From Eledone cirrhosa (Eukaryota), in NCBI GenBank assembly GCA_964016885.1, contig OZ024740.1, forward strand, positions 386,446,001 through 386,510,000: a stretch of 64,000 nt of DNA, written 5' to 3'. The position numbers were made by a program, and so were the translations under genes. The notes beneath the pieces are model-generated. The model made no database searches. It saw nothing but the letters and a program-made list of their open reading frames with translations, and had not been told where the DNA came from. Within the stretch, counting starts at the first letter, position 1, and each line of letters begins with the position of its first letter. Below, one piece after another: positions 12,716 to 24,525 of the stretch.

Positions 12716-13430
12716 TTTACATATATATATACATATATATACATATACGTGTTTTGCAACGGGTCACTTTGTGGCTCAATGAAAATTTAATAAATTAAAT
12801 AATCAGAGCTATATATCATAAAACATGTCTATAGAATCACATATATGTATATATATATGTAAACTTTTATATGTAATAATCTCCCATTAAGTTGAGATAC
12901 AAATTTGGCTGTATTGTGCTGTGCTTTCTAACAAAAATGCCACCAGTCGTAAGCAACTACCACACCCCTTCCAACCTGACCGCGGCTATGTCACGATTCT
13001 TAGCCATTTTGAATGAATTCTTGGCGCGATCACTTTGGAAAATTTAGTGTCTAGATAAGAGCAAACCTCCTGATGAATCCGATGCTCGAGTTTATATAAT
13101 TATTACATAATTATTGGAAAACTCAAAATGCGGATGAAACCATGGTAGAGGTATTTAAATGTATTCTATTTTCTCCTAGTTTATTTTACACCTAATTCTG
13201 TTTAGTTGACTGTATCTGGGTGATTACGCTGTCGAAATATTCGATAAATATTCCGTTGCGGACGACGCGAAGGGCTAGTTTCGGTTATTTGTTGAAGATT
13301 TCTTCATAGAAGCCTCATTCTTATAGCCTGGTCTATTCGATTTTTTATATAGTTAATTATGCTAATTGGGAGAGGAAATGGTATATATTTTATCTTGTGA
13401 TTCTATAGACATGTTTTATGATATATATAT
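12711..13430 (+). mobile_element. Non-autonomous Penelope-type (pLTR-like) cassette with nested inverted repeats and a hammerhead
   Basis: Inverted repeats 12811-12841/13397-13427 and 12711-12738/12841-12868. Flanked by (TA)n and contains the hammerhead at 13065-13152. Confidence 0.6.
13065..13152 (+). ncRNA. Type-I hammerhead ribozyme with canonical core
   Basis: acctc-CTGATGA-atccg...cggat-GAAA-ccatgg-TA-gaggt. GUA triplet with predicted cleavage after 13147, and an extended hairpin in helix II. Confidence 0.85.
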
Positions 13431-13444
13431 ATATATATATATAA

Positions 13445-14045
13445 GACGGACGACAGCTGTATAAAAAAGTGCAGGGCGATCAAAATTGATGGAAGTTACG
13501 GAGTAGCTAGACCCAGAAAAACCTGGAACGATTTGATAAATTCCGACCTTACACACTTGCACCTCTCCAAGACAATTTCACTGGACCGAGATCTTTGGCG
13601 CTATGCAGTAATACAGAAGACCCACCTTGCCTATGTACAAAGCGAAACCTACAGTCAGTAGGCACCTCTTAACCAAATATACACCCCAATCCACTACCCC
13701 TACCCTATCCTCCCACTCCCACCAACACCACCCTCTTTCTGTAAAGTTGGTACCACAACATCCAGTCCAAATAAATGAGATCGAGATCGTGTAGGTGTCA
13801 CGACAAAAAAAACACACAGTCCACGCTGTAATGTGGCCATATAGGTAACACGGTAAAAAGTTCCCAGTTCCACACTGTAAATGTGGTTGGTGTTAGGAAG
13901 GGCATCCAGCCGTAGAAACCTGCCAAATAGTCCTATATGAGCGAGACACGGTCACCCGACCAACCTTGCCCCAAGTGGGACAACTCCCATCTAATCCATG
14001 CTAGCGTGGAAGATGGACATTAAACGAAGATGATGATGATGATGA
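13445..14045 (+). mobile_element. RTE 3' fragment plus SINE-like 3' tail ending in (GAT)n
   Basis: DDSCIKKCRAIKIDG...RPRKTW, then ggaagggcatccagc...ggacattaaacg(atg)n. Confidence 0.8.
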
Positions 14046-14224
14046 TATATATATATATATATATAATATATATATGTATGTATATATATATATGTATGTA
14101 TGTGTATATCTATGTATGTATGTATATATATATGTATATATATATGTATGTATGTGTATATCTATGTATGTATGTATATATATATGTATATATATATGTA
14201 TGTATGTATATATTTCATTTCATT

Positions 14225-14556
14225 CATTTCACTTTTACGTCCGCTTTTTCCCTGCTTGCAAGGGTGGGATGGGAATTGATTCTGGCTTGATTTCTACAGC
14301 TGGATGCTCTTCCTATCACCAATCTCATTTAAAGTGAGTGCTGCGTGCTTTTTCACCGTGGCACCTCCACGACCACTTTGCAGTGGAATGATATGGACCC
14401 CAGTCCCTATCATCTCATTTCTACAGCTGAGTAAACTGGAGCAATGTGAAATAAAGTGTCTTGCTCAAGGAAACAACACATCACCTGGTCTGAGACTTGA
14501 ACTCACAACCCTTCGATTGCAAGGCCAATGCTCTAACCACTAAGCCATATGCCTCC
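14225..14556 (-). mobile_element. tRNA-derived SINE with RTE family 1 3' tail
   Basis: The head ggcttagtggttagagc...gagttcaag has A/B-box-like motifs, the body contains tccttgagcaagacac, and the tail matches 3967-4010. Confidence 0.85.
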
Positions 14557-14921
14557 ATATATGTATGTATTAAGAAAAAAGACAAAGTTTCATTTACATG
14601 TATTTAGCTTTTTATTGTGTATTGACCTGTTTTGCATGTTTCACAGAGGATTGGCTCAAGGTCATACATAGGCTATTTATATATATATTTGCGATGAAAT
14701 ACAAACTATAAGAAACCATCAAACCAACTGATCACCAGCCAAATTGACTACATCCTCACCAGAAGACAAGACTGAGCAATGGTTGAAAACACAAAAAGCG
14801 TCCCTGATTAGGAATGTACCTCCCAACCTAGTAGTGAGCATCTTCAGAGTTAGAACTAGACAGACCTGGAGGAGAAAGATATGGAAGCTGAAGGAGCCCT
14901 CAGCTCGTAACAAATTTAGTA

Positions 14922-15110
14922 TTGGCAGTATCAGTAGAGCGTCAGACAGCATGCTTTGCGGAATAGAGTTATGGCCCTTTGCGTTCTGAGTTCAAATCTC
15001 GCCGAGGTTAGCTTTGCCTTTCATCATTAAGGGGGTCGATAAAATAAAGTACCAGTAATGTACTGGGGTAATTGCTGGCCTTGTGCCCATAGTAGAAACA
15101 ATTATTATTA
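14922..15110 (+). mobile_element. tRNA-derived SINE (second family, ttcaaatcccgccgaggttaactttgcctttcatcc type)
   Basis: B-box-like gagttcaaat. The same body recurs at ~32297, 41090, 42408, 43581, 46578, 49700, 52906 and 63325. Confidence 0.8.
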
Positions 15111-15609
15111 AGATGATAAATAACCATTGCTACACACACACATATTTTTGTTTTCAAACAACTACTCCCATACAAACAAATTTTTAAAACCCTGCCTTCA
15201 CCACTGCCACCGCCACCGCTGCCTGCTGTCACTATGTCACTATCGTCATCATCATCATAGGACACAGACCTATAAACATTCAATTGTTTACAAATCTACT
15301 TCAATAGGAATTCTGAAATTTGACACCTTTTAAAATCTTAAATTCCTCAGCTAACATCAGCCATACTCACTGAACCAGAACATTCCAATTCTTCTTCTCT
15401 TCTCCAACTTTCTGACCATCCCTTTCTTTGGCACCAAACTTTCTATGCCTAATCACATGATACTGACCATCCATTTTTGGTGCAAAAATTACTATGCGCA
15501 ATCATGTGACAGTCACTAACAAATAAAATGACAAATACAATTTTGAGCCACTTTTTCTGGTATGAAATTTACTGTACATAATCACATGACACCTGTCTTA
15601 TGGAGCCCT

Positions 15610-17259
15610 GAGCATGGTCCTTGCTGCTGATACGGTCATACCCTCGGCTACTGGGGTCCAACAGGGCGACCCTTTGGGACCCCTCCTGTTTGCCCTTGGT
15701 ATTGACCACACCGCCCGGAGTATCACGCCCCCCCCTCAATGTTTGGTATCTGGATGATGCTACGTTGGGTGGGCCCGTACGGACGGTCTGCCATGACCTT
15801 CAATCGGTGGTTCCTGCCCTTGCGGGAATCAGCCTCCAAGTCAACTCGGCCAAGTCGGACGTGGTGAATGTCAGCCTCGATGCTGCGAGCTTTGCAGCCT
15901 CCGTCTTGGACGTGCGGTCCATTCTCCGCCAGGTTCAGGTAACCTCAAAGAGGATGTCCTCATCCTCGGGTCACTGATCCAACCGCTGGCCATCCGCTCC
16001 ACCATCAGGTCCAGGCTTCAACAGCTCCAGACTCTCACAAGCCGACTGGGCTTGATTGACGGCCACCCAGCTCTCTTCCTGCTGAGGAACTGCTTCGCCA
16101 TGCCGAAGCTCCTCCATACACTCCACAGCGCTCCGTGCTACACCCAGACATCTCTCCTCGCTGACCTCGATACTTGTATCCGAGCAGCAGCCAAGGAGAT
16201 ATGCAACGTCAAGTTTGACGACATAGGGTGGCAACAGGTCACTTTACCTGTCAGGTATGGCGGCCTTGGCCTCCAGTCCCCAATCTCACTAGCTTTGCCG
16301 GCGTATCTTTCGTTGGTAACCTCGTGCCGCGTCCCCGTCAGCAGGGTTCTTCAAAACACAGAGAACGTGAGGCTGCCTGTGAGACATGGGACCGGCTGGG
16401 ACTTAGCCTAGTAGACATCCCTCCTCCTTCTCCCCCTGTTGACGTCAAGTCCTCCCAACGCACTTGGGATGCCATCCAGTGCAGCCTGGTCTCAGACAGG
16501 CTCACGCGCCAGCTCGACCAGCACCGCCTTGCTTGTTTTTGTGCGGCCTCCAAACCCCACAGTGGTGCCTAGCTCTATGCCCTGCCCTCCTTCTCCACAA
16601 GCACACAGCTAGACAACCATAGCCTGCGCATTGGCGTTTCCCTGAGGCTCGGCCTCCGGATCTGCCAGCCACACCAATGTCGCTGCGGTTACACCGTGGA
16701 CTCCTTTGGCCTTCACCCGCTTTCCTGTCACCACAGTGCCAGCCGCATTCCACGCCATGCTGCCCTCAACGAGGTCATTAAGCATGGCTTGGACGCTGCA
16801 GGCTTCCCTTCCCAGCTCGAGCCGGTGGGGCTGGATCGAGGGGACGGCAAAAGGCTAGATGGCATGACCATCTTCCTGTTCCGCGGTGGCAAACCCCTCG
16901 TTTGGGATGCCACTTGCACCAACACTTTCTGCAGCCGCAACCTGGTGCAGTCTGCGACTGACCCGAGTTCTGCTGCACGTCGGCCTGAGGGGGCCAAACT
17001 CCTCAAATACCGGTCGCTCTCCAACAGGTTTGCTGTCGTACCCCTGGCAGTGGAGACTTCTGGTGTTCTCGGCCCCAGGGCTACCTCCTTACTCACCACC
17101 ATAGGCGCTGAGCTGGCCAGCCACAGGTGTGAACCCCACGAGTTGGAGTGGCTCTTCCAGCACGTCTACCTTGCCGTCCTCCGGGGAAACGCCTTCTCCA
17201 TTCTGTCCACTGGGGCTATGGGTGGGCCCCATCGCATACCGTTGTATTTGATGGAATAG
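15610..17259 (+). mobile_element. CRE-clade non-LTR retrotransposon relic (RT C-half, CCHC, RLE), 5'-truncated and frameshifted
   Basis: GVQQGDP, WYLDD, LPVRYGGLGL, CRCG..VDSFGLHPLSC, RHAALNE, KRLDG..WDATC and PLAVETSG motifs. GC-rich relative to its flanks. Confidence 0.85.
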
Positions 17260-18049
17260 TACTTGTGACACTTTTAGCTATCATCATCATCATCATCATC
17301 GTTTAACGTCCATCTTCCACGCTTGCATGGGTTTGGATGGGAGTTTTCCCACTTGAGGCAAGAGTGGTTGTCTTGCTCGCATAGGACTGTCTGGCGGGTT
17401 TTCTACAGCTGGATGCCCTTCCTAACACCAACCACGTTTACAGTGTGGTCTGGGAGGTTTTTACCGTGTTACCTACACGGCCACATTACAGTGTGGATTG
17501 TGTGTTTTTTTGTCGTGACACCTACACGACCTCATTTGTTAATTAAAGACTAATCAAAATGTCCAATTACATCAGTAATCTTAAAAGGATCGATATCACA
17601 TGACTGTCATCAACCAAATAACGTTTTGAAGAAATAGCAATCTGAATTCTACTAACCGTTTTATTGATGTTAGTACTCAGCTCTGCTAGTATTGAGCTAG
17701 CAGAATTGGCTAGCAAGTGTGTGTGTGTGTGTGTGTGTGGCTACATGGCAACTGTGTGAGGCTGAAAAATGGACTGTCTGTCTGTGGCAGAGCAAAGAAG
17801 TAGACTCCATGTCCTGGAGTCAAATTCACATGTATATAAAAGGATTGGGTCCCCAGAAAACAGACAAATCGCCATTGATGATTTCCTTTTAAACAAAGGT
17901 AGCAAATTTAAGTAGTTACATTGTTAGCTCAAACAAAGGAATTGGTATCTTAGTTTTACTTAAGTTAAATGTCAGTGTTGATAACATTTTGGGAACATGG
18001 GACAAAATCTCCTTGAGGTTTTGAAACACACACATAACTAATTGATTTG

Positions 18050-18082
<33 letters not shown>

Positions 18083-19803
18083 CATCATCATCACCGTTTT
18101 ACGTCCGTTATTCCACACTAGCATGGGTTAGATGGGTTGTCCTGTTGTGGGCAGTGTCTGGTCAGCTGACCATGCCTTGCTCATACAGGAACTGATTTGG
18201 CTTGATTTCTACAGCTGGATGCCCTTCCTAATACCAACCTCATTTACAGTGAGTGGTGGGTGCTTTTTCGTGGCGCCTACACGTCCACTTTACAGTGTGG
18301 GCTGGGTGCTTTTTTGCCGTGGCACCTCCACGACCACTTTGCAGTGGGAGGGTGTGGGGGCATATTGTCTATATGCTTCAGCTTGAACCCATAGGCGGTC
18401 AGGTACTCTGTATTACTGCGTGACGCCAGAGGTCACAGTTGTGTGTCATCACCTTGGAGAGGTGTAATTGGGTAAGGTCTGCTTTTATCACCTCATCCAG
18501 GTCATCTTGGGTCTCCCCACTCTGCTGTTTACATCGACTTCTAGTGCTCTGCACCTTTTTATGCAGCTGTCATCCTTCATACACATCACATGTCCATACC
18601 AACGCAACCGCCTCTCCTGCACACAGCATTTGATTCCTCTTATGCTCAGTATCTCTCTCAATTCATTTATGCTTTGTCGGTCGCATATATTACTATTACA
18701 CATCCATCGGAGTATGCAGGCTTCGTTTCTCTCTAATCTACGTAAGTCTTCCACCTTCAGCGCGCAGGTCTCACTACCATGTAACATTGCTGTTCGGATA
18801 CACGCATCATACAGTCTGCCTTTCATTTTGAGGGAGAAGCCTTTTGCAGTTAGCAGTGGCAGTAGTTCCCTGAACTTCTTCCATCCCGTTCTTACCCTAG
18901 TTATTGTACTTTCTGAACACCCACCTCCGCTGCTAATTCGGTCACCTAGGTAGCAGAAGCTGTCTACTGTCTCTACAGAGCCCTCCCAGAGATTGGTGGT
19001 ACTTGTTTCCTGTGGCTGTTTGCTGCTTGCTGTCCCAGTACAGCTGCTGCATGTGAAGCCTACATTCTTAATTAAGCTTCCTGAGATCCCGCTACATCTC
19101 TTGTGTACCCATTGTTTGCATTTGTGGCAGAGAATGGAGTTCCTACCTACACCTTTCCTACATACTGAGCAAGGCCATTTCCCTGAGGGGATCTGGGTTC
19201 TGTTTTCTTGTCTACTTACAAGGACCCTAGTCTTTGTCATGTTGACTTTGAGACCCTTTCTTTCTAGTCCCTGCTTCCAAGTTTGGAATTTATTCTCTAG
19301 TTCTACCATAGATTCAGCTATAAGTGCGAGGTCATCAGTATACAGGAGTTCCCATGGGCATCTAGTCTTAAACTCCTCCGTTATTGCCTGCAGGACTATG
19401 ATGAACAGGAGAGGGCTAAGGACAGAGCCCTAGTGGACCCCAACCTGTACGCTAAATTCCTCGCTATACTCATTGCTAATCCTAACTTTGCTGACTGCTC
19501 CCCTATACATGGCTTGTACAACTTTCACAAGCCATTCATCTACTCCTAGTTTTCTAAGAGCCCACCAGATTACAGCACGTGGAACTCTGTCAAAGGCTTT
19601 CTCGAGATCGACGAATGCCAGGTAGAGCGGCTTACTTTTAGCTAGGTACTTTTCCTGTAACTGCCTGACAAGGAAGAGGGCATCAGTGGTGCCTCTTCCT
19701 GGTACAAACCCAAATTGCATCTCATCTAGTTTCACCCGGTCCCTAATCAACTGTGCTATAAGTCTTTCTGTTACTTTCATGACCTGGTCCATCAGCTTTA
19801 TAC
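18083..19803 (-). mobile_element. RTE family 2 LINE, 5'-truncated, with long SINE-like 3' UTR
   Basis: RT motifs (QFGF, DLEKAFD, LLYTDD) and a PHD-like finger. Very similar to 36205-37918. Confidence 0.95.
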
Positions 19804-19873
<70 letters not shown>

Positions 19874-19875
<2 letters not shown>

Positions 19876-20272
19876 TCATCATTTCATTTTACGTCCACTT
19901 TTCCCTGCTTGCAAGGGTGGGACGGGAACTGATGCTGGCTTGATTTCTACAGCTGGTTGAGATAGGTGAACTGAGGCTGAGACAGTGGACTGTGGTTGAG
20001 ACAGTGGACTGTGGCTTGATTTCTACAGCTGGATGCCCTTCCTAACACCAACCTCATTTACAGTGAGTGCTGGGTGCTTTTTTGCCGTGGCACCTCCACG
20101 ACCACTTTGCAGTGGAATGATAGGGACCCCAGTCCCTATCATCTCATTTCTACAGCTGAGTAAACTGGAGCAATGTGAAATAAAGTGTCTTGCTCAAGGA
20201 AACAACACATCACCCGGTCTGAGAATTGAACTCACAACCTTTCGATTGCAAGGCCAATGCTCTAACCACTAA
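19874..20272 (-). mobile_element. tRNA-derived SINE with RTE family 1 tail
   Basis: Same family as 14225-14556. Confidence 0.85.
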
Positions 20273-20290
20273 GCAATGCTCTAACCACTA

Positions 20291-20531
20291 AGGCACATGG
20301 CTTAGTGGTTAGAGCATTGGCCTTGCAATCGAAAGGTTGTGAGCTCAATTCTCAGACCGGGTGATGTGTTGTTTCCTTGAGCAAGACACTTTATTTCACA
20401 TTGCTCCAGTTTACTCAGCTGTAGAAATGAGATGATAGGGACTGGGGTCCGTATCATTCCACTGTAAAGTGGTCGTGGAGGTGCCACAGCCAAAAGAGCA
20501 CCCAGCACTCACTGTAAAGGAGGTTGGTGTT
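20291..20531 (+). mobile_element. tRNA-derived SINE, head-to-head with the preceding copy
   Basis: Reverse-complement match to 20043-20272. Confidence 0.85.
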
Positions 20532-20567
20532 ATAAATGTGAGAAAAAAATATATATATATATATATA

Positions 20568-21240
20568 TAATTATAAATGTGAGAGAAAAACAGACAAAGA
20601 ATTACCTTTTTTTTTTCAAAGTCCCTACTGCAGTTTCATCAACCGTTTTGCAGCATTGGTGCACCAGAGAAGTGCACCAATGCTGTGAGGATGTCGAATC
20701 TTCAAGGAGACCCCTCATATTGTGGACTGTATCCTGGCCTGACTGTAAGAAAGTGAATATTTCTCTGGAGGGAGAAATTGTCATGTGGTATAGGTCACAG
20801 AAGGGAGGCAAGAAATAGCAGCCAGCACCCACCTAATTAACTCTACTAAAAGGGAGTTTAGACAATAGAGTAATAAGATATATTAAAATATATAAATATA
20901 TGTGTGTGTGATGTCCTGCTTTGACCAGTTTTACTTCAATGACCGAATTAGTTAATAATAATCAGAAGAATTAAAATAATCATTTAATCAGAGCTATTTA
21001 TCAAATTATAAATGTGAGGAAAAATGGACAACAAATTACCTATTTTTTCTTCTGTGACCTATACCACATGATGATTTCTCCTTCCAGAGAAATATTCACT
21101 TTCTAACAGTCAGGTCAGGAAACAGTCCACAATATGAGGGGTCTCCTTGAAGATTCAACAGCCTCACAGTATTGGTGCACTTAAGGACTTTGAAAAAAAA
21201 AGGTATTTCTTTGTCTGTTCTTTCCTCGCATTTATAATTA
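20568..21240. repeat. Inverted-repeat cassette (20568-20812 / 21048-21240) containing a hammerhead-like motif
   Basis: The arms are imperfect reverse complements. The right arm lacks the ribozyme's 3' half. Flanked by (TA)n. Confidence 0.8.
20621..20711 (-). ncRNA. Hammerhead-like motif with variant core
   Basis: Minus strand reads gtctc-CTTGAAGA-ttcgac..[14-bp perfect hairpin]..gttgat-GAAA-ctgcag-TA-gggac. Confidence 0.55.
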
Positions 21241-21420
21241 TATATATATAATTATCAATATAAATATATAATTATATATATATAATTATATATATATAAT
21301 TATCAATATAATTATATATATATAATTATCAAATTAAATATATATATATTGTTAGTTTCAGAAGATCCCGTTAAGGGTGAAAGCAGCGATTCTTTGCTTA
21401 AACTTTAATCTGTTATTTTA

Positions 21421-21470
<50 letters not shown>

Positions 21471-21514
21471 AGAAAAAATTTGCGAAATGGAAATGCGGGT
21501 ATATAGAATTTATT

Positions 21515-21631
21515 AGGTAACAATTGTTTCTATAGTGTATGAGTTACCTATACCTCGCTATTTGAATAATACACAAATATTATCAAAAACCGAAAGTACA
21601 CTGTAAGCCAACACACCATGTCATCAGACCT
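21515..21631 (-). ncRNA. Hammerhead ribozyme in the downstream pseudo-LTR
   Basis: Minus strand reads aggt-CTGATGA-catggtgtgt...atacactata-GAAA-caattg-TT-acct. Long helix II, palindromic helix III, GUU triplet. Confidence 0.75.
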
Positions 21632-22041
21632 TTGTATTAGAATGATATGAAAATATTTTATACACTAGATAAAAGATAAAGAAGGAGGTAGGAAGAGAAG
21701 GGGAAGAGGGAAGTGAGTAAGGTGGAGGGAATCTTAGGGTTTAAGACTGTCAGACTAGTAGAGATTGTGAAGAGAGAATGTTTTGGCAGCAGTTAGCTTA
21801 ATGAGGCATGCTAAGGTTGGCTGGGAAGTAGATACTTCTAGTGGTGTTGTTCGGACAAAATTTAGTTAGAGGGGTCAAAGTGGTACAATGTCACAGACAA
21901 GTTATTAGGGCTATTATAGTAGCAGGTTATTTCTAAAGGGGTCCAGAAAAACAGTGTTTAGTACTATTATTATAGAAAGTCATATCTAGTGTATAAATAT
22001 ATAAGACAGAAATTTGCAAACGTTGGCGCAAAAAGGTAACA

Positions 22042-24318
22042 TTATATGCATTTAAAAAAAGAAAAAGTCGTTTTCAAACGATGGTTACAGTATAGAGAAC
22101 GTTCAATTTTGCTGTTCAAAAGTTTGTTTACCGACGTTAAAATGCAGTATATCTCTAAATTGCATAACTTGCAGAATCGATGATTTTGCTGATATGCAGG
22201 CGCAGCTGCAATAATTTGCCAATCAAGGGAGAACGCTTGATTGTTCCTCCGAAGCTGCCAGGCTTTATCGGCGAGGGTTGTTATGGAGCGCATTTTCTCG
22301 TGCCTGATCGAAGATCGATGTTGGTATAGGCGAGCCTTGAAAGAAGTTGCGGTACATCCGACGTAATACCATTTGTTGGTCCCGGAATTTATTGTACACC
22401 GGTAGACAATATTGCGTGCTAGGCACTGGTTATTCAGTGGGCACGTACCTGGTTTGGTGCAGTTACAACTATTTTTATGTTTTGCAGTAGAATCCTGGAT
22501 AGTTTGGTGGGGTTGCGTGTTAGTGCGTTGCATGTTGCTATGCTGGTGCGCTGAGTCATTAGGGATGTACTTATTCAGTATTGCTGAGTTGAGTTTTCTA
22601 ATTAGTTGTTCTATGTTAGGTGCAGTGGAGTATGAGAGTCTAATGGTGCGCGAGTTAAAGATTTTATAGTATTTATGTGAAGTTGTAAAGTGTTTATTGA
22701 TTAGTGTATAGAATTGTGAGATAATCTTAGTGCTAATAGAAGAATTGTACACGGGGTTATACCATATGTACTCTCTACGTCTGACTCTATTTGCTGGTTT
22801 GCACCTGTTAGTATGCCTATTGATGTGTGTGTGTGGTGCAATACTAGTTCGACTTAGATGTGTTTTATTCATAGTACTTATGTGGTTATCGTCTAGATAT
22901 TCAATTTTCTCGCAGTAACCAGCTTTTCTAAGTGCGTCATTATAATATTCAGCATGCTCGTTGAAGGTCTGCAAATTAGACGACAGTCGGGAGATCCTTA
23001 TGGATATATTTTTAGGGATAGATTTAATAATGGAATGAGGATGGTTCGATTTTACATTAACGTACTTAAGATTTTCATTAAGTTTGTGAAATGGCTCTAT
23101 ATTACCGTTATTAAGGTTGAAGGTAACATCCAAGAAGTTGACCACCTTAAGATTGTGTTCAAAGGTAATATTAAGCCCTGGTTCTAAGAAAAGTTTCCTA
23201 ATGTTTTTACGTCGCCTTTCTAGGTTTTGTTTGTTCATATTCTTGACTAATAGAAGTGTATCGTCGCAGTATATTCCGCCGTGGAGGTCCGTAAATTCGC
23301 TCTGGAGTCTATGGGCTATATAGATCCCAACCAAATCCGTGACCTCCGCCGAATCATTAGAACCCATCGTAATGTCGAATTCCGAGGGTCTATCCCTGCG
23401 GACCCAATAACTATTTTCAAAGTGCACTACTGTGCGTCTAGCTTCAAGTATAATATTAATTTCCTCGTTTGTGAGGTCCGAGTTAGTCTTAGCGAAAGAG
23501 AGGGCCTTATGCAGGGTTTCGGGTGAAATAGAGGAATAGTATTCATCTATATCGAATTGAATAAAAGAAGATTTGTTTTTGTCCCTAATGTTATTGAACC
23601 ATCTTATTGCCTGATGAGTATTACCCCATAATTTAATATCTACCTTAGCCTTAACTTGGGGGATAATACGATCTAATATGTACTTACTAATCCTACCTAT
23701 ATCGGACTTTGAAGGACATATTAATCTAATTTTAGGGTTAGTATCGAAGTTATCCTTATGGTCCTTCAGATTAAAAGTCGGTGTAGCTGGGGATAGGGGT
23801 ACCGTTCTGTCGTCAATTTTCAGTTTCCTAACAATATCACATGCTGCGTTATTAATGTTGGTTAGTGTAGTTGCGTTTGTTTTTTTGTATTTCCTATGTA
23901 ATTCCTTACGTATAAAATTGTTATATGTTTCTACATCCAGGGTGTATAGATTCGAAGTTTTGTCTGCCTTTATGATAATTCCTTTGGTATTCCTTAGGTT
24001 GTTGAGTAGAGTTTTAATATCTCGTTGCAGTTCGTTTTTCCTTCCGTCTGTAAATTTGATTCCGGTTATCATTTTCATTAAGTCCTGTTCGAAAGAATCC
24101 AAAAGAGGGTTAGAGGGTGGGTTTTTGTAGGATTTGAAACCAAACTTCTCGTTGTTGGTGTCCGAAGTTTGTGTAATCCTTTTCCGATCGAAGTGGAAGG
24201 CATTCCATCTAATCCGCCGAATAAATTCGTTGGTCCTTTGTATCATACCAAGAATGTAATCCTTTTTACCCTGAATGGGTATGTTTTTTAAGGACATACC
24301 ACAATGATGTTTTTCCAT
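22042..24318 (-). CDS. Penelope-like reverse transcriptase / GIY-YIG endonuclease (758 aa)
   Basis: N-terminal SLKNIP, KADKT, RLICP, FIQFDIDEYYSSI, ITMGS, IYCDD, VNFLDVTF, SNHP, a CNC..CPL..C linker, then IVYRC...YYVG...FKARLYQH. Confidence 0.92.
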   Translation of the reverse strand: MEKHHCGMSLKNIPIQGKKDYILGMIQRTNEFIRRIRWNAFHFDRKRITQTSDTNNEKFGFKSYKNPPSNPLLDSFEQDLMKMITGIKFTDGRKNELQRDIKTLLNNLRNTKGIIIKADKTSNLYTLDVETYNNFIRKELHRKYKKTNATTLTNINNAACDIVRKLKIDDRTVPLSPATPTFNLKDHKDNFDTNPKIRLICPSKSDIGRISKYILDRIIPQVKAKVDIKLWGNTHQAIRWFNNIRDKNKSSFIQFDIDEYYSSISPETLHKALSFAKTNSDLTNEEINIILEARRTVVHFENSYWVRRDRPSEFDITMGSNDSAEVTDLVGIYIAHRLQSEFTDLHGGIYCDDTLLLVKNMNKQNLERRRKNIRKLFLEPGLNITFEHNLKVVNFLDVTFNLNNGNIEPFHKLNENLKYVNVKSNHPHSIIKSIPKNISIRISRLSSNLQTFNEHAEYYNDALRKAGYCEKIEYLDDNHISTMNKTHLSRTSIAPHTHINRHTNRCKPANRVRRREYIWYNPVYNSSISTKIISQFYTLINKHFTTSHKYYKIFNSRTIRLSYSTAPNIEQLIRKLNSAILNKYIPNDSAHQHSNMQRTNTQPHQTIQDSTAKHKNSCNCTKPGTCPLNNQCLARNIVYRCTINSGTNKWYYVGCTATSFKARLYQHRSSIRHEKMRSITTLADKAWQLRRNNQAFSLDWQIIAAAPAYQQNHRFCKLCNLEIYCILTSVNKLLNSKIERSLYCNHRLKTTFSFFKCI

Positions 24319-24525
24319 TTCAAAGACGCGGGTTGATAGGTTGCTCGACTGTAAAGGAGTGTGAAGAATTAGATAATTTGTATTCCAATGTTACTAAGTA
24401 GTTGCATTGGATGGAGTCAACTGACGTCAGAGTTTGCTCAACGTATAATAAAGTGTGTTTTAAAATCCGGAGAAAATATGGAGAAAAAATTTACGAAATG
24501 GAAATGCGGGTATATAGAATTTATT

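Noticed and set aside
14030-14337. ORFs rich in YI/MY/HT repeats here and throughout the window
   Set aside because: They are translations of (TA)n, (TATG)n and (CA)n microsatellites.
20291-20365. tRNA gene
   Set aside because: The A/B-box-like head continues into a SINE body and lacks a complete cloverleaf.
21355-21405. CAGAAGA-tccc..gggt-GAAA hammerhead-like string
   Set aside because: The core U4 is mutated and there is no convincing helix I or NUH triplet.
22042-24318. Selenoprotein-type Naiad
   Set aside because: The ORF has no in-frame TGA and ends in TAA.
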